A stretch of DNA of 64,000 bases from Eledone cirrhosa (GCA_964016885.1 OZ024753.1:44144001-44208000), one strand, 5' to 3'; positions 40,892 through 55,586 are shown, counted from the stretch's first letter. The notes: a model not told the origin generated them from the sequence alone. Numbers and translations: made by a program.

Positions 40892-41635
40892 ACATATATA
40901 CATATATATATATACATATGTATATATATATATATTATATATATTGTGCTGGTGCCACAATAAAATGCACCCAGTACTCATTGTAAAAATGGTAGTTCTG
41001 TTGCCATGATAATAATGCTCCCAATAAAATCTGTAAAATGGTAGTGCTGAATCTCCCTGAGAGATATGTGAATGTAGAATTCTCAGCCATTTACACATTA
41101 ATTCTACCAGCAGGCTGTTCCATTGAGCAATCAACTGAAATACTCATCGTTGGAACTGACAGAGGCCCAACACATACAAGTACTCCCTGTCTCCTGCTAC
41201 AGTGGTCTTATGTCATTAAAAGAAATTATGTTTATGGCAAATGAGAATATTGATATCACTTCAGTTCAACTTTTCCCTGACAATATTTTAGCTTCTCTTG
41301 GCACAACATTTCCACTTCTATTTTGTTACTGTAAACATTTGTGAGCATTATGTGAATGTTGGTGAATAAAATTGACACTTTTGGCAAAGTTCTGTTAGCT
41401 TTTATACTGGGAAATGTGTCAGTTTGGAAGCTACACCAACAACAACTACTACCACAACTACTACTAGTACAACAACAACAACAATAACAGCAGTAGTAGC
41501 AATAATATGGAAGAGAGGAAAGTACCTCAGGAGAGGTGTTTTTATTTTATGATCTCACGTATCTAATATTGCAGGTACTACAGAGCTATTTTATATGGGG
41601 AGGGCTGATAAAAAGATGCATGTGTTCACACAGAC

Positions 41636-41995
41636 ATCATCATCATCATCTTACGTCCGCTTTTCCCTGCTTGCAAGGGTGGGACAGGTCCTATTCAGCA
41701 CAGCATCGTTCCATTTGTCACGGTCCTTCGTCATCTTCAGTGATTAGAGATCATCTCTCACCACCTCCGCCCATATTTTTTGTGGTCTTCCTCTACCGCG
41801 TCTTCCTTCAACATCTTTACCCAGTGGTTATCCTCTATGTGCATCACATGTTCATACCATCACAGTGTTCTCTCCAGCACACTACAGCTTATCCCTCTTA
41901 TACCCAGTTTCTCTCTCAACTCATCTATGCTTGGTCGTTCACGCACATTGACATTGCACATCCAACAGAGCATATATATATATCGCCCCACCACT
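41636..41995 (-). mobile_element. RTE-clade LINE 3' fragment
   Basis: MLCWMCNVNVRERPSIDELREKLGI...WYEHVM...VEGRRGRGRPQKIWAEVVRDDL...DRDKW, with stops and a frameshift; (ATG)n tail. Confidence 0.85.
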
Positions 41996-43838
41996 ACTAG
42001 CTGAGAAACAGACGTTAAAGTGATGTTAGAATATTATTTTAGTTTTGTTTCATATGTCCTCATTTGCCTATCGTATTTTTCTTGACTGTTTCAGCTTTGC
42101 ACCTGAAAAGAGGGCAACTACCCTGAAATATCATGTGAAAATACACCGAGTAAAACATTCCTTTGTTTTGTTTTATTTGTAATCATTTACTCTTCATATT
42201 TTTCTGCCACATTGTACTGGCTTAAAAAAAAAAAAATTATTGGTCTTTTACAACAACAAATCTATTTCATAAACAGAAAAAAGAAAACCGAATGTTTTGT
42301 CATTTGGTTGCCAGAAAGACTTTAGTGTGAAACTGTTTGTTATCAAAGATATTTAACATTTTTTAATAGTTATTCATGCTCTTTGAAGTAAGATACCAAC
42401 ATTTACTGTTAAATCTAAAAGGATTAACAAAGTTTTCATCTGTGAATAATGTCTTTGCTTATTTTTTTTTTCCTATTCCTGTTTGTCCTTCATTAATAAG
42501 ATAAAATATTCTGAGCCAGAAATAACAAAGAAAATCTTTCCATTTTATTTTTTCCTCACGAAAGAATGTATTAATAAATAATGAATAAAAAAATAATGAA
42601 AAGTATACTGTATCCAAAATCAGGAGAATATTGAAAAATGTATTTTAATTAAAACTATTTCACTTCAAGTTTGTCTTTGATTTACAAGAATATGGGAAGA
42701 AAAAAACAAAATGTTGTCTCGATTTCAATTTATTGTTGTGGTTGTTGTTGTTGTGTAGATGTAGATTAATAAAGTGCATATGCTCAGGTATGTAGGTGAT
42801 CTGACATGTATTGTATGTTGTTGGTGCAATACAGTGTATGTTGTTGTTGTATGCTGTGTGTTGCTGTTGTTGCAGCAGTATGCTGCAATAAAGTGAGTGG
42901 GTTGCTGCAACTGTATGATGTCAATAAAATAAATTACCAGTAATGCACTGGGGTTAAAATAATTGATTTTCCTCTCCCTACTCAACACCATTGGTTTCTG
43001 GTGTCCTTGGATAGTAAGACAGTATCTCCTACACTTACAAATGACAATTTCAGCAGGGTTCTGCGAGTGCCGCCGAGGTTAACTTTGCCTTTCGTCCTTA
43101 CGGGGTCGATAACATAAAGTACCAGTAATACACTGGGATAATTGCTGGCCTTGTGCCCAAAGTAGAAACAATTATTTTGGAAACCCTAATGTCAATGCCA
43201 CCAGAACCCTATATGGAAATGGAGATTAAAACACCTAAGCTCCAACAACACCAGGAATGTATGTAACCCTTTTCCATCACCCTCTTTCGCATTAGCATGA
43301 CAACTATAAGAGTAGGATATCCAAAATAAAGTAGCAGTCAAAAACTGGGGCTCATTATTCTTCATTTCCTCCATTCATTCCCTCAATTAATGGGTTTGTG
43401 CTTAACTTAGAAATCATTATACAAAAGACAGTCAGTAATTGAATATAATTTTACAAAATAAACCTAAATAATATATTTGTTAGTGATATTGCATGTCCAT
43501 GGCAAGAGAATTACATGTTGCACACATTCATTTACTAATACATGCAAATTGCATACTTTTAACTATTGTGAACTCATTCTCAGGAAATAAAGCCTTTTCA
43601 AATTATAAAAAATCCTCATTAAAAAATAAAAAACTTGCTCTATTTCACAGAAATGGTAATAACAACGGTAACTCATTTGTATGAAATTATGCATTAATAA
43701 AATGCACGATGCATAGTGCATATAATTGCATGCATAGTTCTTTAGCACAGTTTGACATCAAATCTTTGAAGAGATGAACATATTTTTTCTCATACACATC
43801 CTGTAATTCTTTAAAAATAAAATAAATGTTTTTAAAAG

Positions 43839-44680
43839 GGTTTGTTAATTCAAGTGTTTAGAGTATCTTTACTTGAGGGCAACCTGTTGTGAAAATTGGT
43901 AGTATTAGAGTAAAGTCTTTAGTTGTTAATGTGATGTAGTCGTAGTGGTATTTTGTACTGTCCAAGAATGTCTTACTAATGTTACTTCATGTGGTTTTTT
44001 TACTGCGAGACAGATTGCTGTGAAAATGTCTAATATTAGAGTAAAAATAGTAAGACATAATAACAATGATATTTAACCCTTTAGCATTCACATTACTCTA
44101 TATATACTATTATATGTTTGTAGTAAAGGCTTTATCTTACATAATATGGAATCTACGAGATTTTGATATTATTTATTTTGAGAACAATACCTTAACATCA
44201 ATATGAGTGGCCAGTTATAGGTGGTTTGAACAAAAAGAGGTGAGAGAATTTTGGGTGGATATGGCCAGTTTAAATGCGTAAGGGTTAATGTAAAGTGGTT
44301 GTAGTGGTATTTTGTACTGTTCAAGAATGTCTTGCTTACATGGTTTTATGTGGTTTGTTAATTCAAATATTTATAGTATCTTTACTGCTGGACAGATTGC
44401 TATGAAGATGCATAGTATTGGAGTAACAATAGTAGCTTTGATATTTAATGTAAAGCAGTAATAGTAATGTTTTGTACTTTCCACAAATGTCTTACTAATG
44501 TTACTTCATATGGTTTGTTATTTCAAATATTTATAGCATCTTTACTGCTAGACAAATTACCATAAAAATGTGTAGTATTAGAGTAACGATAGTAACATAT
44601 AGTAACAATGATATTTAATGTAAAGTAGTCATAGTAATGTTTTGTACTTTCCACGAATGTCTTGCTGACATTGTTTCATG
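43839..44680. repeat. Diverged ~160-bp tandem repeat, four units
   Basis: GGTTTGTTA.TTCAAATATTTATAG.ATCTTTACTGC...TTTTGTACT.TCCA..AATGTCTT recurs four times. Confidence 0.8.
44077..44284. mobile_element. piggyBac-type MITE (family H)
   Basis: TTAA-CCCTTTAGCATTC...AATGCGTAAGGG-TTAA; further copies at 58457-58743, 36920-37047 and 23545-23578. Confidence 0.8.
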
Positions 44681-45185
44681 CAATACAGGACATAAACAGT
44701 TGAATAACCTAAAAGAAAAGAAAATAACAATTCATTAAACTAAACAAACAAAAACTAAGCTAAATGTAAAGAATATATTTAAGATGAAATGAAATCAATA
44801 TCTGAATGTAGAAAGTGTTAAACCAGGTATGAGGAAATGAATAAACATTTATAGAACATTAAAGCTTGAAGAACAATTATAAGATTATTTCTTTCAAGTA
44901 AACACAGCAGAAAGATTATAGAAATCATATTTTATAGACTAATATAAATGCAAGTGTGAAAATAACGAAGAAAATCTAAACAACACTTGACTTGTTACAA
45001 ATGACAAATATTATAAATATATAATGTGACAACATGAATGTTTTTGTTACACCAGAACTAACAAAGCTATTTTATGATTCTGATTCAGAAAATGGAAGAC
45101 AATATTCTTTTGCTCTTCTACAGTTTTATTCTTTTACCTGTTCCAGGTGTGGAAATGCTGGGACATCATCATTATTGGGACCATT

Positions 45186-45378
45186 GGGCGGTGGATTGGC
45201 TGTATCAGTAGAGAGTCGGACACCATGCTTTGCAGCAAAGAGTTACGGCCCTTTATGATCTGAGTTCAAATCCCGCCGAGGTTAACTTTGCCTTTCATCC
45301 TTACGAGGTCGATAAAATAAAGTACCGGTAATGTACTGGGACAATTGCTGGCCTTGTGCCAAAAGTAGAAACAATTAT
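45186..45378 (+). mobile_element. tRNA-derived SINE family E, full length with TSD
   Basis: B box GAGTTCAAATCCC, conserved CTTTGCCTTTCATCCTTACG.GGTCGATAAAATAAAGTACC block; ATTATTGGGACCATTGG on both sides. Confidence 0.85.
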
Positions 45379-45396
45379 TGGGACCATTGGTATTAA

Positions 45397-45592
45397 GGGC
45401 AGTGGATTGGTAGAATCGGTAGAGTATCGGACACAAAGCTTTGCAGCATAGACTTATGGCGCTTTATGTTCTGAGTTCAAATCCCGCTGAGGTCAACTTT
45501 GCCTTTCATCCTTACGGGGTTGATAAAATAAAGTACCAGTAATGCACTGGGGTCTATTTAATCTACTTTCCTCTCTCCTAAATTTGTTGGCC
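45397..45592 (+). mobile_element. SINE family E
   Basis: Tandem neighbour of 45186-45378; partial copies also at 23234, 24395, 26490, 36810, 37088, 38075, 43070, 53907, 54553. Confidence 0.8.
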
Positions 45593-45793
45593 AGTCACAA
45601 CATCACATCCCAAATTTAAAATAGTAAGTTAAAGCCACAATAAAATCATTGTCAGTGTTTTAATATACAATGTTATGCTTAAATATTTATTATCTAAATA
45701 AAAATTTAGAAATGAACATTTAGCTGTTTCTTGTTCACATACAAACATTTGTTTTTCTCTCTATAATACATATAGTTTTGTATTTAAAATATT

Positions 45794-45850
<57 letters not shown>

Positions 45851-45853
<3 letters not shown>

Positions 45854-46066
45854 GGAACGAGTAGGACCCCGACGGCTGAGCTCAAGCCGTTTCGACGGCT
45901 AATTCTGGACTATTTTTTTTTTTTTTTTTAGTCCAGAATTAGCCGTCAAAACGGTTTGAGCTCAGCCGTCGGGGTCCTACTCGTTCCTATTAACCACTCT
46001 ACTACCCTAAGTATTGAGTACTTTGGTGCGTTATGGTCCACCTGGTTCCTTACCACATTTCCTTCG

Positions 46067-46068
<2 letters not shown>
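45851..46068 (+). mobile_element. Fold-back element family B, copy 3
   Basis: Arms 45851-45912 / 45929-45990, poly-T spacer, tail, inside (TA)n. Confidence 0.85.
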
Positions 46069-46127
<59 letters not shown>

Positions 46128-46148
46128 TGTATTCACAACACTACTAAA

Positions 46149-46333
46149 TAATTGTTTCTACTTTTGGCACAAGGCCACCAATTACCCAGTGTATTACTGG
46201 TACTTTATTTTATCGACCCTGTAAGGATGAAAGGCAAAGTTAACCCCGGCGGGATTTGAACTCAGAATGGCAAGGGCCGTAACTCTTTGCGTCAAAGCAT
46301 GGTGTCCGACCCTCTACCGATACTGCCAATCCA
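46149..46333 (-). mobile_element. SINE family E with TSD
   Basis: Flanked by ACAAC.CTACTAAATAAT on both sides. Confidence 0.85.
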
Positions 46334-47094
46334 CAACGCTACTAAATAATGCAGAGAATAACATTATTTGATAATTGTTACTAATATATTTTGGAAAGTC
46401 TTTCCAATTTTGAACAATATATTTCAACAGTTGCATAAAAACTAAATTGAAATATATAATAATAATTCAATTTATAGAAACTTTTAGTAAGAAAGTTAGT
46501 TTTATACAACAAAAACTTTATCTAGTCTTATTTTGGTTTTGTTTTGAACGAGTCACATTCCATTATCACCATCATCACCATCGCCATCACTACAACCACT
46601 ACCATCATCGCCATCTAGTGTCTGTTTTCTACGCTGGCCTGTGTTGGATGGATTATTACAGATCAAATTGGCATTACTGTCCTCTAGTCAAGCCAGAAGC
46701 CAATATCTTGATTACTAGCTTTGGTGAGCTTTCAACAGCTAATAACGTTCCTAACACCAATCACTTTACAGAGTGAACTAGGCGCATTTTATCATGACAC
46801 CAACAATAAAGAGATTTTCATGTCCTTAACACAACTGAAGAGGTTTTACAACATTTTGTTTGGCATGGTTTCTACAGCTAGATACCTGCTTTGTGTTGGT
46901 GGAGGGGATAACCGCAGATAAAAATGTACTCAATAGATTATAGGGATTCTAGTCGATATATCGATCTTCCATGATCAACTGACCCTCTGAAACGATCGTA
47001 AAACAATGAACTAATTAACTACCTAGCTCTGATTTCTGTTTTTTTTTTCATCGTCCTATATGCAAACATGACCCTCCCAAAGTATAACAATATG

Positions 47095-47150
<56 letters not shown>

Positions 47151-47157
47151 TACATAC

Positions 47158-47218
<61 letters not shown>

Positions 47219-47395
47219 CATACATATACATATATATATATAGCGATCGTTAAATAATGAACTTATATATATATATATGTATATATATATATACATACAT
47301 ATACATATATATATATATATATAGCGATCGTTAAATAATGAACTTTTTTTGTTTAATATAAGGAACTGTTTCATTGTTTATTCATTATTTGTTTA

Positions 47396-48002
<607 letters not shown>

Positions 48003-49041
48003 GAGAGAAGTATTTGTTTGACAAGTGACTTGATCTGAGACTCTGTGGAAACTGAAGTAATTGCATCATGGAAATATAATTTCAGTCATCATAAAAAAAT
48101 CCATAAAATCAGTTAACTTTATTTTATATTTAACATTTGTTGGAGTTTCAGAGGGAATGTGTCATTGACCAAGTCAAAGTGACTGTTATTAACATTTTAC
48201 ACACAAAAATGAACGAAAAATATAAAGTGGAGTTAACAGTTTTGTTTATGGCTAAAATGGTAGGAGTTTTTTAATGGCTAAAATGTTGGCTGTTGTTTTT
48301 TTTAATAGCTAAATTGACTGTTCCATGCTAAAATCAAATTATGATTTTCTTGAAAAGTTTCTAGCTTCAAATTCATGGGAATTTAAATAAACTTTGTATA
48401 AGTTATTCATTTAAATTTTTCAGAGAAAACTAGAAATAAATATCAATCAAGTTTGATTTTGTTTCTGTGTTTTTCAAGGAAAAATAAGTATATCAAATAT
48501 ATAATATTTGATTATAGGAAATATTGAAAATGTATACACATCTACACACACATATATCTACATACACATATATCTACATACATATCTACACACACACACA
48601 CCCCTACACTCATATGTATACATCTACACACACACATATATCTACATACACATATATCTACATACATATCTACACACACACACACCCCTACACTCATATG
48701 TATACATCTACACACACACACACGCACGCACATCTACATACATACACACATACACACATCTACATGCACATGAATATATCTACACATTCATACACACATC
48801 ACACACATACATATTTTTATGTATCACATAAATACAGAATATGAGTCTAAAATAGAAGATATGTAATTAGATAGATAGGTAGGTAGATATAGATAAGTAG
48901 GTAGGTCGGTAGATAGATAGATAGGTATATAGGTAGATAAATACTGAAGACAAAACCCAGAGTCCTCATCAATTCAAGATGTCTAACACACACACAGACA
49001 TGTGCAAACATACACACATGCCTACATATATATATATATAT

Positions 49042-49234
49042 AAGGAAGGAAATGTGGTAAGGAACCCGATGGACCATAACGCACCAAAGTACTCAATACT
49101 TAGGGTAGTAGAGTGGGTAATAGGAATGAGTAGGACCCCGACGGCTGAGCTCAAGCCATTTCGACGGCTAATTCTGGACGTCCAGAATTAGCCGTCGAAA
49201 CGGCTTGAGCTCAGCCGTCGGGGTCCTACTCATT

Positions 49235-49239
<5 letters not shown>
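49042..49239 (-). mobile_element. Fold-back element family B, copy 4 (reverse orientation, zero spacer)
   Basis: Arms 49120-49179 / 49180-49239 meet at GGAC|GTCC. Confidence 0.85.
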
Positions 49240-49269
<30 letters not shown>

Positions 49270-49273
<4 letters not shown>

Positions 49274-49498
49274 GTACAAGAGTACCTGGGATGAAAAACA
49301 CAGACCATAGAGGTGATAACCCATACTAAAAACCTGACATGGAGTTCCAACAAGTTCATAACTTCCCACCTTGATGAGTACCTCCAGATATTCCAAGAAC
49401 AAGAAATCTCCACTCAGTACCTACTGCACAAAACAGGAAGGTCAGCAGTTGACAATAAATGTAGGCTGTGTATATCAAAGAATGAAGAGGTTAGCTAA
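49270..49498 (+). mobile_element. R4/Dong-like (RLE-type) non-LTR retrotransposon fragment
   Basis: WSSNKFITSHLDEYLQIFQEQEISTQY...DNKCRLCISKNEEVS resembles the QEQ/QDQ...KCRLC zinc-knuckle region of R4/Dong-type ORFs. Confidence 0.6.
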
Positions 49499-50439
49499 AT
49501 TATCGCCATACACACATACATACACACATGTATACATATATACACATATGCATACATACTTACATGTAATATATACATGCAGATGCGCATGCACACACAC
49601 ACATATATACATATATACATGCATACATACATGATTCCAGATGTAGAACTGTTCTCTTTGTACTATCTCTACATTTTAATATATTCAAAAGAGAAATATA
49701 CAGCAATTCCTCTTTACCCTTCTTCTTATCACAGATAGAAGAAAGTTTGTCAGCAAAATGAAATTGTTGAACGTCTATTGTCATTTCAGTTGAATAAATA
49801 TATGTAAAATAAATTCAAATCAAATATATGAAATAAAACACTATTTTCTTTGGCAAAAGAAATAAAAAGAAGAATTACAATAACATTATTGAAATGGAAA
49901 GAAAGAAGAATGAAAGCTGTAAAAGAACTAGTCTGATTTTATTTGACTATTTTGGTATTTTACATGTTTTATTGGAATCAACAAAGACATCAGTAAAAAT
50001 GCTACTTGCTATTGTTATTCAGGAAACAGAAAATATCATTTAAATGATACAAAATGAAATAACAAGGCATTATTTTGTTAAACACAATTTTGATAAATTT
50101 CAACTAAGCATTTATTTCAAGATGAAGTAGCAGAGGTGACATTTTTACTTGACTGATATGATCAAAGATGTAGTATTGTTTCGATATGATTCTTTCAAAA
50201 CTAGCTGAAACTCACTCTCTCAATAAATTCAGAAAATTTATGCTAAAATTATATAATCTATGTATCTAATACTAGTGAATTGACACTGTTTGCTTTTTAT
50301 GCTATTCTATACTAAAGACTTTATCTAGATTTTAACCAAATATCTTGCCTCTATATATGTTGTTATGATATTTTTAATATTATACAGTTCTATAAAGTAT
50401 ATCTATAGATTTTAACCAACACTGTATATAACCATCTTG

Positions 50440-50515
<76 letters not shown>

Positions 50516-50602
50516 CAGAAAAAATGAAACAAAATTTCATTTCTCACTCTTAGTACGGCTGTATATACTTTCAGACGTTCAATCATCTGGCAGGAAGGTA
50601 TA

Positions 50603-50643
50603 CATTGCTGACGATAGCTAATAAGCTTGAAACTAGTACAGCG
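50603..50643 (+). ncRNA. Minimal type I hammerhead ribozyme motif
   Basis: cattg-CTGACGA-tagct(aata)agctt-GAAA-ctag-TA-cagcg; palindromic ACTAGT stem III, weak stem I. Confidence 0.55.
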
Positions 50644-50892
50644 TTCCTTTGTCAGTGTTGAACAAATGAGCAACGATGGTTGCTAGACACTGTACGGCTT
50701 AATTCGGGATGTTTGTTTACAAACACACCGAGCAAAACTGTCGATCAACTCGAGGAGTGATCGAATAATGTTTGTTCCTAACTCTGGAATCAGAGGCTCC
50801 TCAGATATGTGTTCTCACATGTAGACGCACATCCACAATCTATCTATCTATCATCATCGTTTAACATCTATCTTCCATGCTAGCATGTGTTT

Positions 50893-50924
<32 letters not shown>

Positions 50925-50984
50925 GCTATAATGATAAAGAGAGAGAGAGATGTAAAATCCAACCGCAGCACCAAACGGTTTTGG

Positions 50985-51131
50985 CTGGTACTCATTTTCA
51001 GTTGAGTATACTGGAGCAAAGTGAAATGAAGTATTTTGCTCAAGAATACAACATGCCATCCAGCCATGGAATAAAACCTGTGATGTTATGATCGTACATC
51101 CAACACCCTTACCACTAGGCCATGTGCCTCC
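50985..51131 (-). mobile_element. Old CORE-like tRNA SINE
   Basis: CTGGAGCAAAGTGAAATGAAGTATTTTGCTCAAG...ACCACTAGGCCATGTGCCTCC; diverged relative of family A. Confidence 0.7.
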
Positions 51132-51268
51132 ACTGTAATTCAGTTTTACCTTTATTCATTTCGAATCTATTTTACCTTCTGCTTATTGTTACAGTATTCT
51201 GAATGTTGTACCTATGTATGAACTGACTAAAAAATTTATACATAAATAATTGTCTAGGAAATTTGAAT

Positions 51269-52156
51269 TTTACATGAATATATTATAGTATATCCTGCAT
51301 ATATTACATGAATATATTATAGTATATCCTGCATATATTACATGAGTGTATTACAGTATATCCTGCATATATTACATGAGTGTATTACAGTATATCCTGT
51401 ATATATTACATGAGTGTATTACAGTATATCCTGCATATATTACATGAGTGTATTACAGTATATCCTGCATATATTACATGAATATATTACAGTATATCCT
51501 GCATATATTACATGAGTGTATTACAGTATATCCTGCATATATTACATGAGTGTATTACAGTATATCCTGCATATATTACATGAATATATTACAGTATATC
51601 CTGCATATATTACATGAGTGTATTACAGTATATCCTGCATATATTACATGAGTGTATTACAGTATATCCTGCATATATTACATGAGTGTATTACAGTATA
51701 TCCTGCATATATTACATGAGTGTATTACAGTATATCCTGTATATATTACATGAGTGTATTACAGTATATCCTGCATATATTACATGAGTGTATTACAGTA
51801 CATCCTGCATATATTACATGAGTGTATTACAGTATATCCTGTATATATTACATGAGTGTATTACAGTAAATCATGCATATATTACATGAGTGTATTACAG
51901 TATATCCTGCATATATTACATGAGTGTATTACAATATATCCTGCATATGTTACATGAGTGTATTACAGTATATCCTGCATATATTACATGAGTGTATTAC
52001 AGTATATCCTGCATATATTACATGAGTGTATTACAGTATATCCTGCATATATTACATGAGTGTATTACAGTATATCCTGCATATATTACATGAGTGTATT
52101 ACAGTATATCCTGCATATATTACATGAGTGTATTACAGTAAATCATGCATATATTA
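51269..52156. repeat. 34-bp minisatellite, about 26 copies
   Basis: TTACATGAGTGTATTACAGTATATCCTGCATATA, highly homogeneous. Confidence 0.95.
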
Positions 52157-54051
52157 GAAATATCTGGGGCTATAGTAGTGGAAAATTGATTACAAATACT
52201 AAGTGTTAATTCTATATTATGTAATATCATCTATATTATGTAATACCTACATCTCCACTTTACCGTTATTCTGTGATTATTATCAGATTACACCCCACTT
52301 TGATCCATTTCTGTTATATTGATATATATCTCTTTCCTAATATAATTTATTTATCAATTACCAATATATTTGAATAATTATTTCCATATTTTTTAATTTA
52401 TGCAACTAACATTCTAATTAGTTATATATCTATTTCTTTAATTATTGAATAATTTGATCAAATAATAAATTATTTAATCAAATAATTATTTAATTAAACA
52501 ATCAATTTAAATTATCTGAGTTATTTATTTCATCATCCTATCCATTTATTTATTTATATTTTGTATTATATCATCGTCACCACGACCATCACTGCTACTA
52601 TTTACTTCATTTTGTGTTCGGTAAGCAGATTTTGAAATATAATCCCTTTTTTACTATAAAATGCACCATTTTACAGATATTCCACGACATACACACTCAA
52701 ATATATATATATGTGATTTTGTTTTGCAAGGTTTTTGAAATGAAATTGTGTGTCAAAACAAATATTGTTATATTTGGGGAGGGTCATATTGTTATAATAT
52801 TGCTAGAAATAACAGAACACACGCACTGTTTGGTTTGGGTTGGTTTTCACTTCTGTATCTTTTATATCTCCATAGTTAATTTATTTGGCAATCATAAACT
52901 GATTCTAGCAAACCAGAATCAGTTCCCGTATGAGCAAGACAAGGTCAGCCGACTGGACACTGCCCACAACAGGACAACCCGTCTAACCCATGCTAGTGTG
53001 GAAGAACGGATGTAAAATGGTGATGATGATGTACACACACACACATATATATATATCAATGACTGGACTGATCTCACCACTGATGTGATGTATGTATATA
53101 TGATGAAAGACAGAAATAAATGGTGCCTGCGAACTACCAAAACATCTGGAGGGCACCCAAATGACTGACTGCACCCATTACAATAAGATAATGATGATGA
53201 TTTCCTTTAAAAGATCAATATCAAATATAACAATATATAATATTATCTAAACTAGAAGGAAAAACTATTTACCGATCTTGGAAAAAAAAAAATCTTAATT
53301 GAAGTAAAATATTGCAAGAAAAAATATTTTGTCATCAAAACTTTTGGAAAATATATATTACAGACATTAATATTCTAAGATTAACTCAATAAAATGAGAT
53401 TCTCTGAAAAAAGTCTCTAGTTCTTCCCTGAAGCTTTGTAAATAGTCTTTCTCATTTTCAATGTTTAATATCCTGGTTCCATTTATTTCCTCAAACTGAA
53501 GTGTTGTCATATTCTTACTTTTAACAATATTTTTTTCTTACCTGTTGCAAAACACCGAAAGAACCAAGAAAGCAAACAACTGTAGTGCTGTATATATGTA
53601 TATATGTATGTGTATATATATATATTTATATGTATACATTATATGTATGTATATATACATTATATGTATGTATGTATATATAAATTATATGTATGTATGT
53701 ATACATTATATATATATGTATACATTATATATATATGAATGTGTACATTATATATATATGAATGTATACATTATATATATGAATGTGTACATTATATATA
53801 TATATGTATACATTATATATATATATGTATACATTATATATATGTATACATTATATATATATACATTATATATATATATGTATAGATTATATATATATAT
53901 GTATTTCACTTTGCCTTTCATCCTTACGGGGTCGATAAAATAAAGTACCAGTAATGAACTGGGTAATTGCTGGCCTTGTGCCTAAAGTAGAAACAATTAT
54001 ATATATATGTATACACATATACATTCATTTACATCTACATACATATACATA

Positions 54052-54094
<43 letters not shown>

Positions 54095-54489
54095 AAGACT
54101 AGAACAATATAAAAAAACAAAATAATACACCTGATTGCATATTTAGTATAAAGTCTATCAATTCATTTTATATTACTTTGGTCATTATTTGACATAAAGT
54201 TTGTCATTTTTATTTGCTGGATATTTCACACAAAATATATATTCCACACTTTTTTACATGAAATATGCCATTTTGTTAGAAAAAAATACACATTGATTAT
54301 TTGTCATTGATTGTCATTTCTTTGGCAAACAGTGCAATATCTTTTATAACTGTGCTTAAGTCTGTGTGTATGTATGTATGATCGCAGCACTGTTAATTGT
54401 TATTGTGTGTGTGTGTGTGTGTGTATACACACACACACAAACACTGATAAATCTCTATATACGTATATATAGATATGTATGTGTGTGTG

Positions 54490-54539
<50 letters not shown>

Positions 54540-54832
54540 ATTATTATTAATTGAGTTCAAATCCCGTCAAGGTTAACTTTGCCTTTCATTCTTACGGGGT
54601 CAATAAAATAAGGTACCAGTAATACACTGGAATAATTGCCTGCCTTGTGCCAAAAGTAGAAACAATTATTATTATTATTATTATTATTATTGTTATTATT
54701 ATTATGTTTTTTTTTTTTTCGTGCAATGGCTATACTCGAAAACGAAAGGGCAGCCATCATCATGTTTGTATGTATGTGTGTATGTAAGAATGGAAAAAGC
54801 ATATGTGAAACAGTGATTATTGATAATGGGTA

Positions 54833-55088
54833 ATGTGTTGTGGCCTTGAGCAAGACACTTTATTTTCACATTGCTCCAATATACTCAGCTGCAGAAATAA
54901 CTTGTGACGTCACTGGTACCAAGCTGTATAGGCCATTGCCCTTCACTTGGACAACATCGATGACATGGAGAGGCGAGATCAGTATACATGGGCGACTGCT
55001 GGTCTTCCACAAACAACCTTGCCTACCTCTGAGGAGAACCTTCTAGGTGCAAATCTCATGGTCATTTGTGACTGAAGGGGGTCTTTAA
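54833..55088 (+). mobile_element. Headless CORE-like SINE with a different tail
   Basis: CCTTGAGCAAGACACTTTATTTTCACATTGCTCCA, then tail shared with 6413-6560. Confidence 0.7.
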
Positions 55089-55099
55089 CATATATATAG

Positions 55100-55289
55100 T
55101 AATTGTTTCTACTTTAGGCACAAGGCCAGCAATTACCCAGTACATTACTGGTACTTTATTTTATCGACCTCGTAAGGATGAAAGGCAAAGTTAACCTCGG
55201 CGGGATTTGAACTCAGACTGTAAAGGGACGTAACTATGCTAGAAAGCATGGCGTCCAACCCTCTACTGACATTGCCAAATCACCGCCCT
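55100..55289 (-). mobile_element. SINE family E
   Basis: Full-length copy flanked by TATATATAGTAAT; further copies at 55927-56100, 57989-58175, 60343-60540, 60559-60731. Confidence 0.85.
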
Positions 55290-55550
55290 ATATATAGTAA
55301 TAATAATAAATGTGAACACTAAAATCCGAAGAGGGCTCGATAAGGATAATATATATATAGAACCATAGAGCAAATATTTAGAAGATCCCATTAAGGGTGA
55401 AAGCAGCGATTTTTTGCTTGAATTTTAATCTGTTATTTTAATAAATATATATCTATACATATATATTTTATTAAGGCTGAATAGTGTGTCTTGTTACTCT
55501 GGAGTTTTGCTTGTTTGTCACAGATCATCAGATCTTCTGACACCACATAT

Positions 55551-55586
<36 letters not shown>

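Noticed and set aside
41123-41344. 73-aa plus-strand ORF with possible AG/GT boundaries
   Set aside because: No recognisable homology and no compatible neighbouring exon found
42093-42145. Hammerhead-like CTGAAAAGAGGG...CCCTGAAATATC
   Set aside because: Core deviates from CUGANGA and stem I is only 3 bp and out of register
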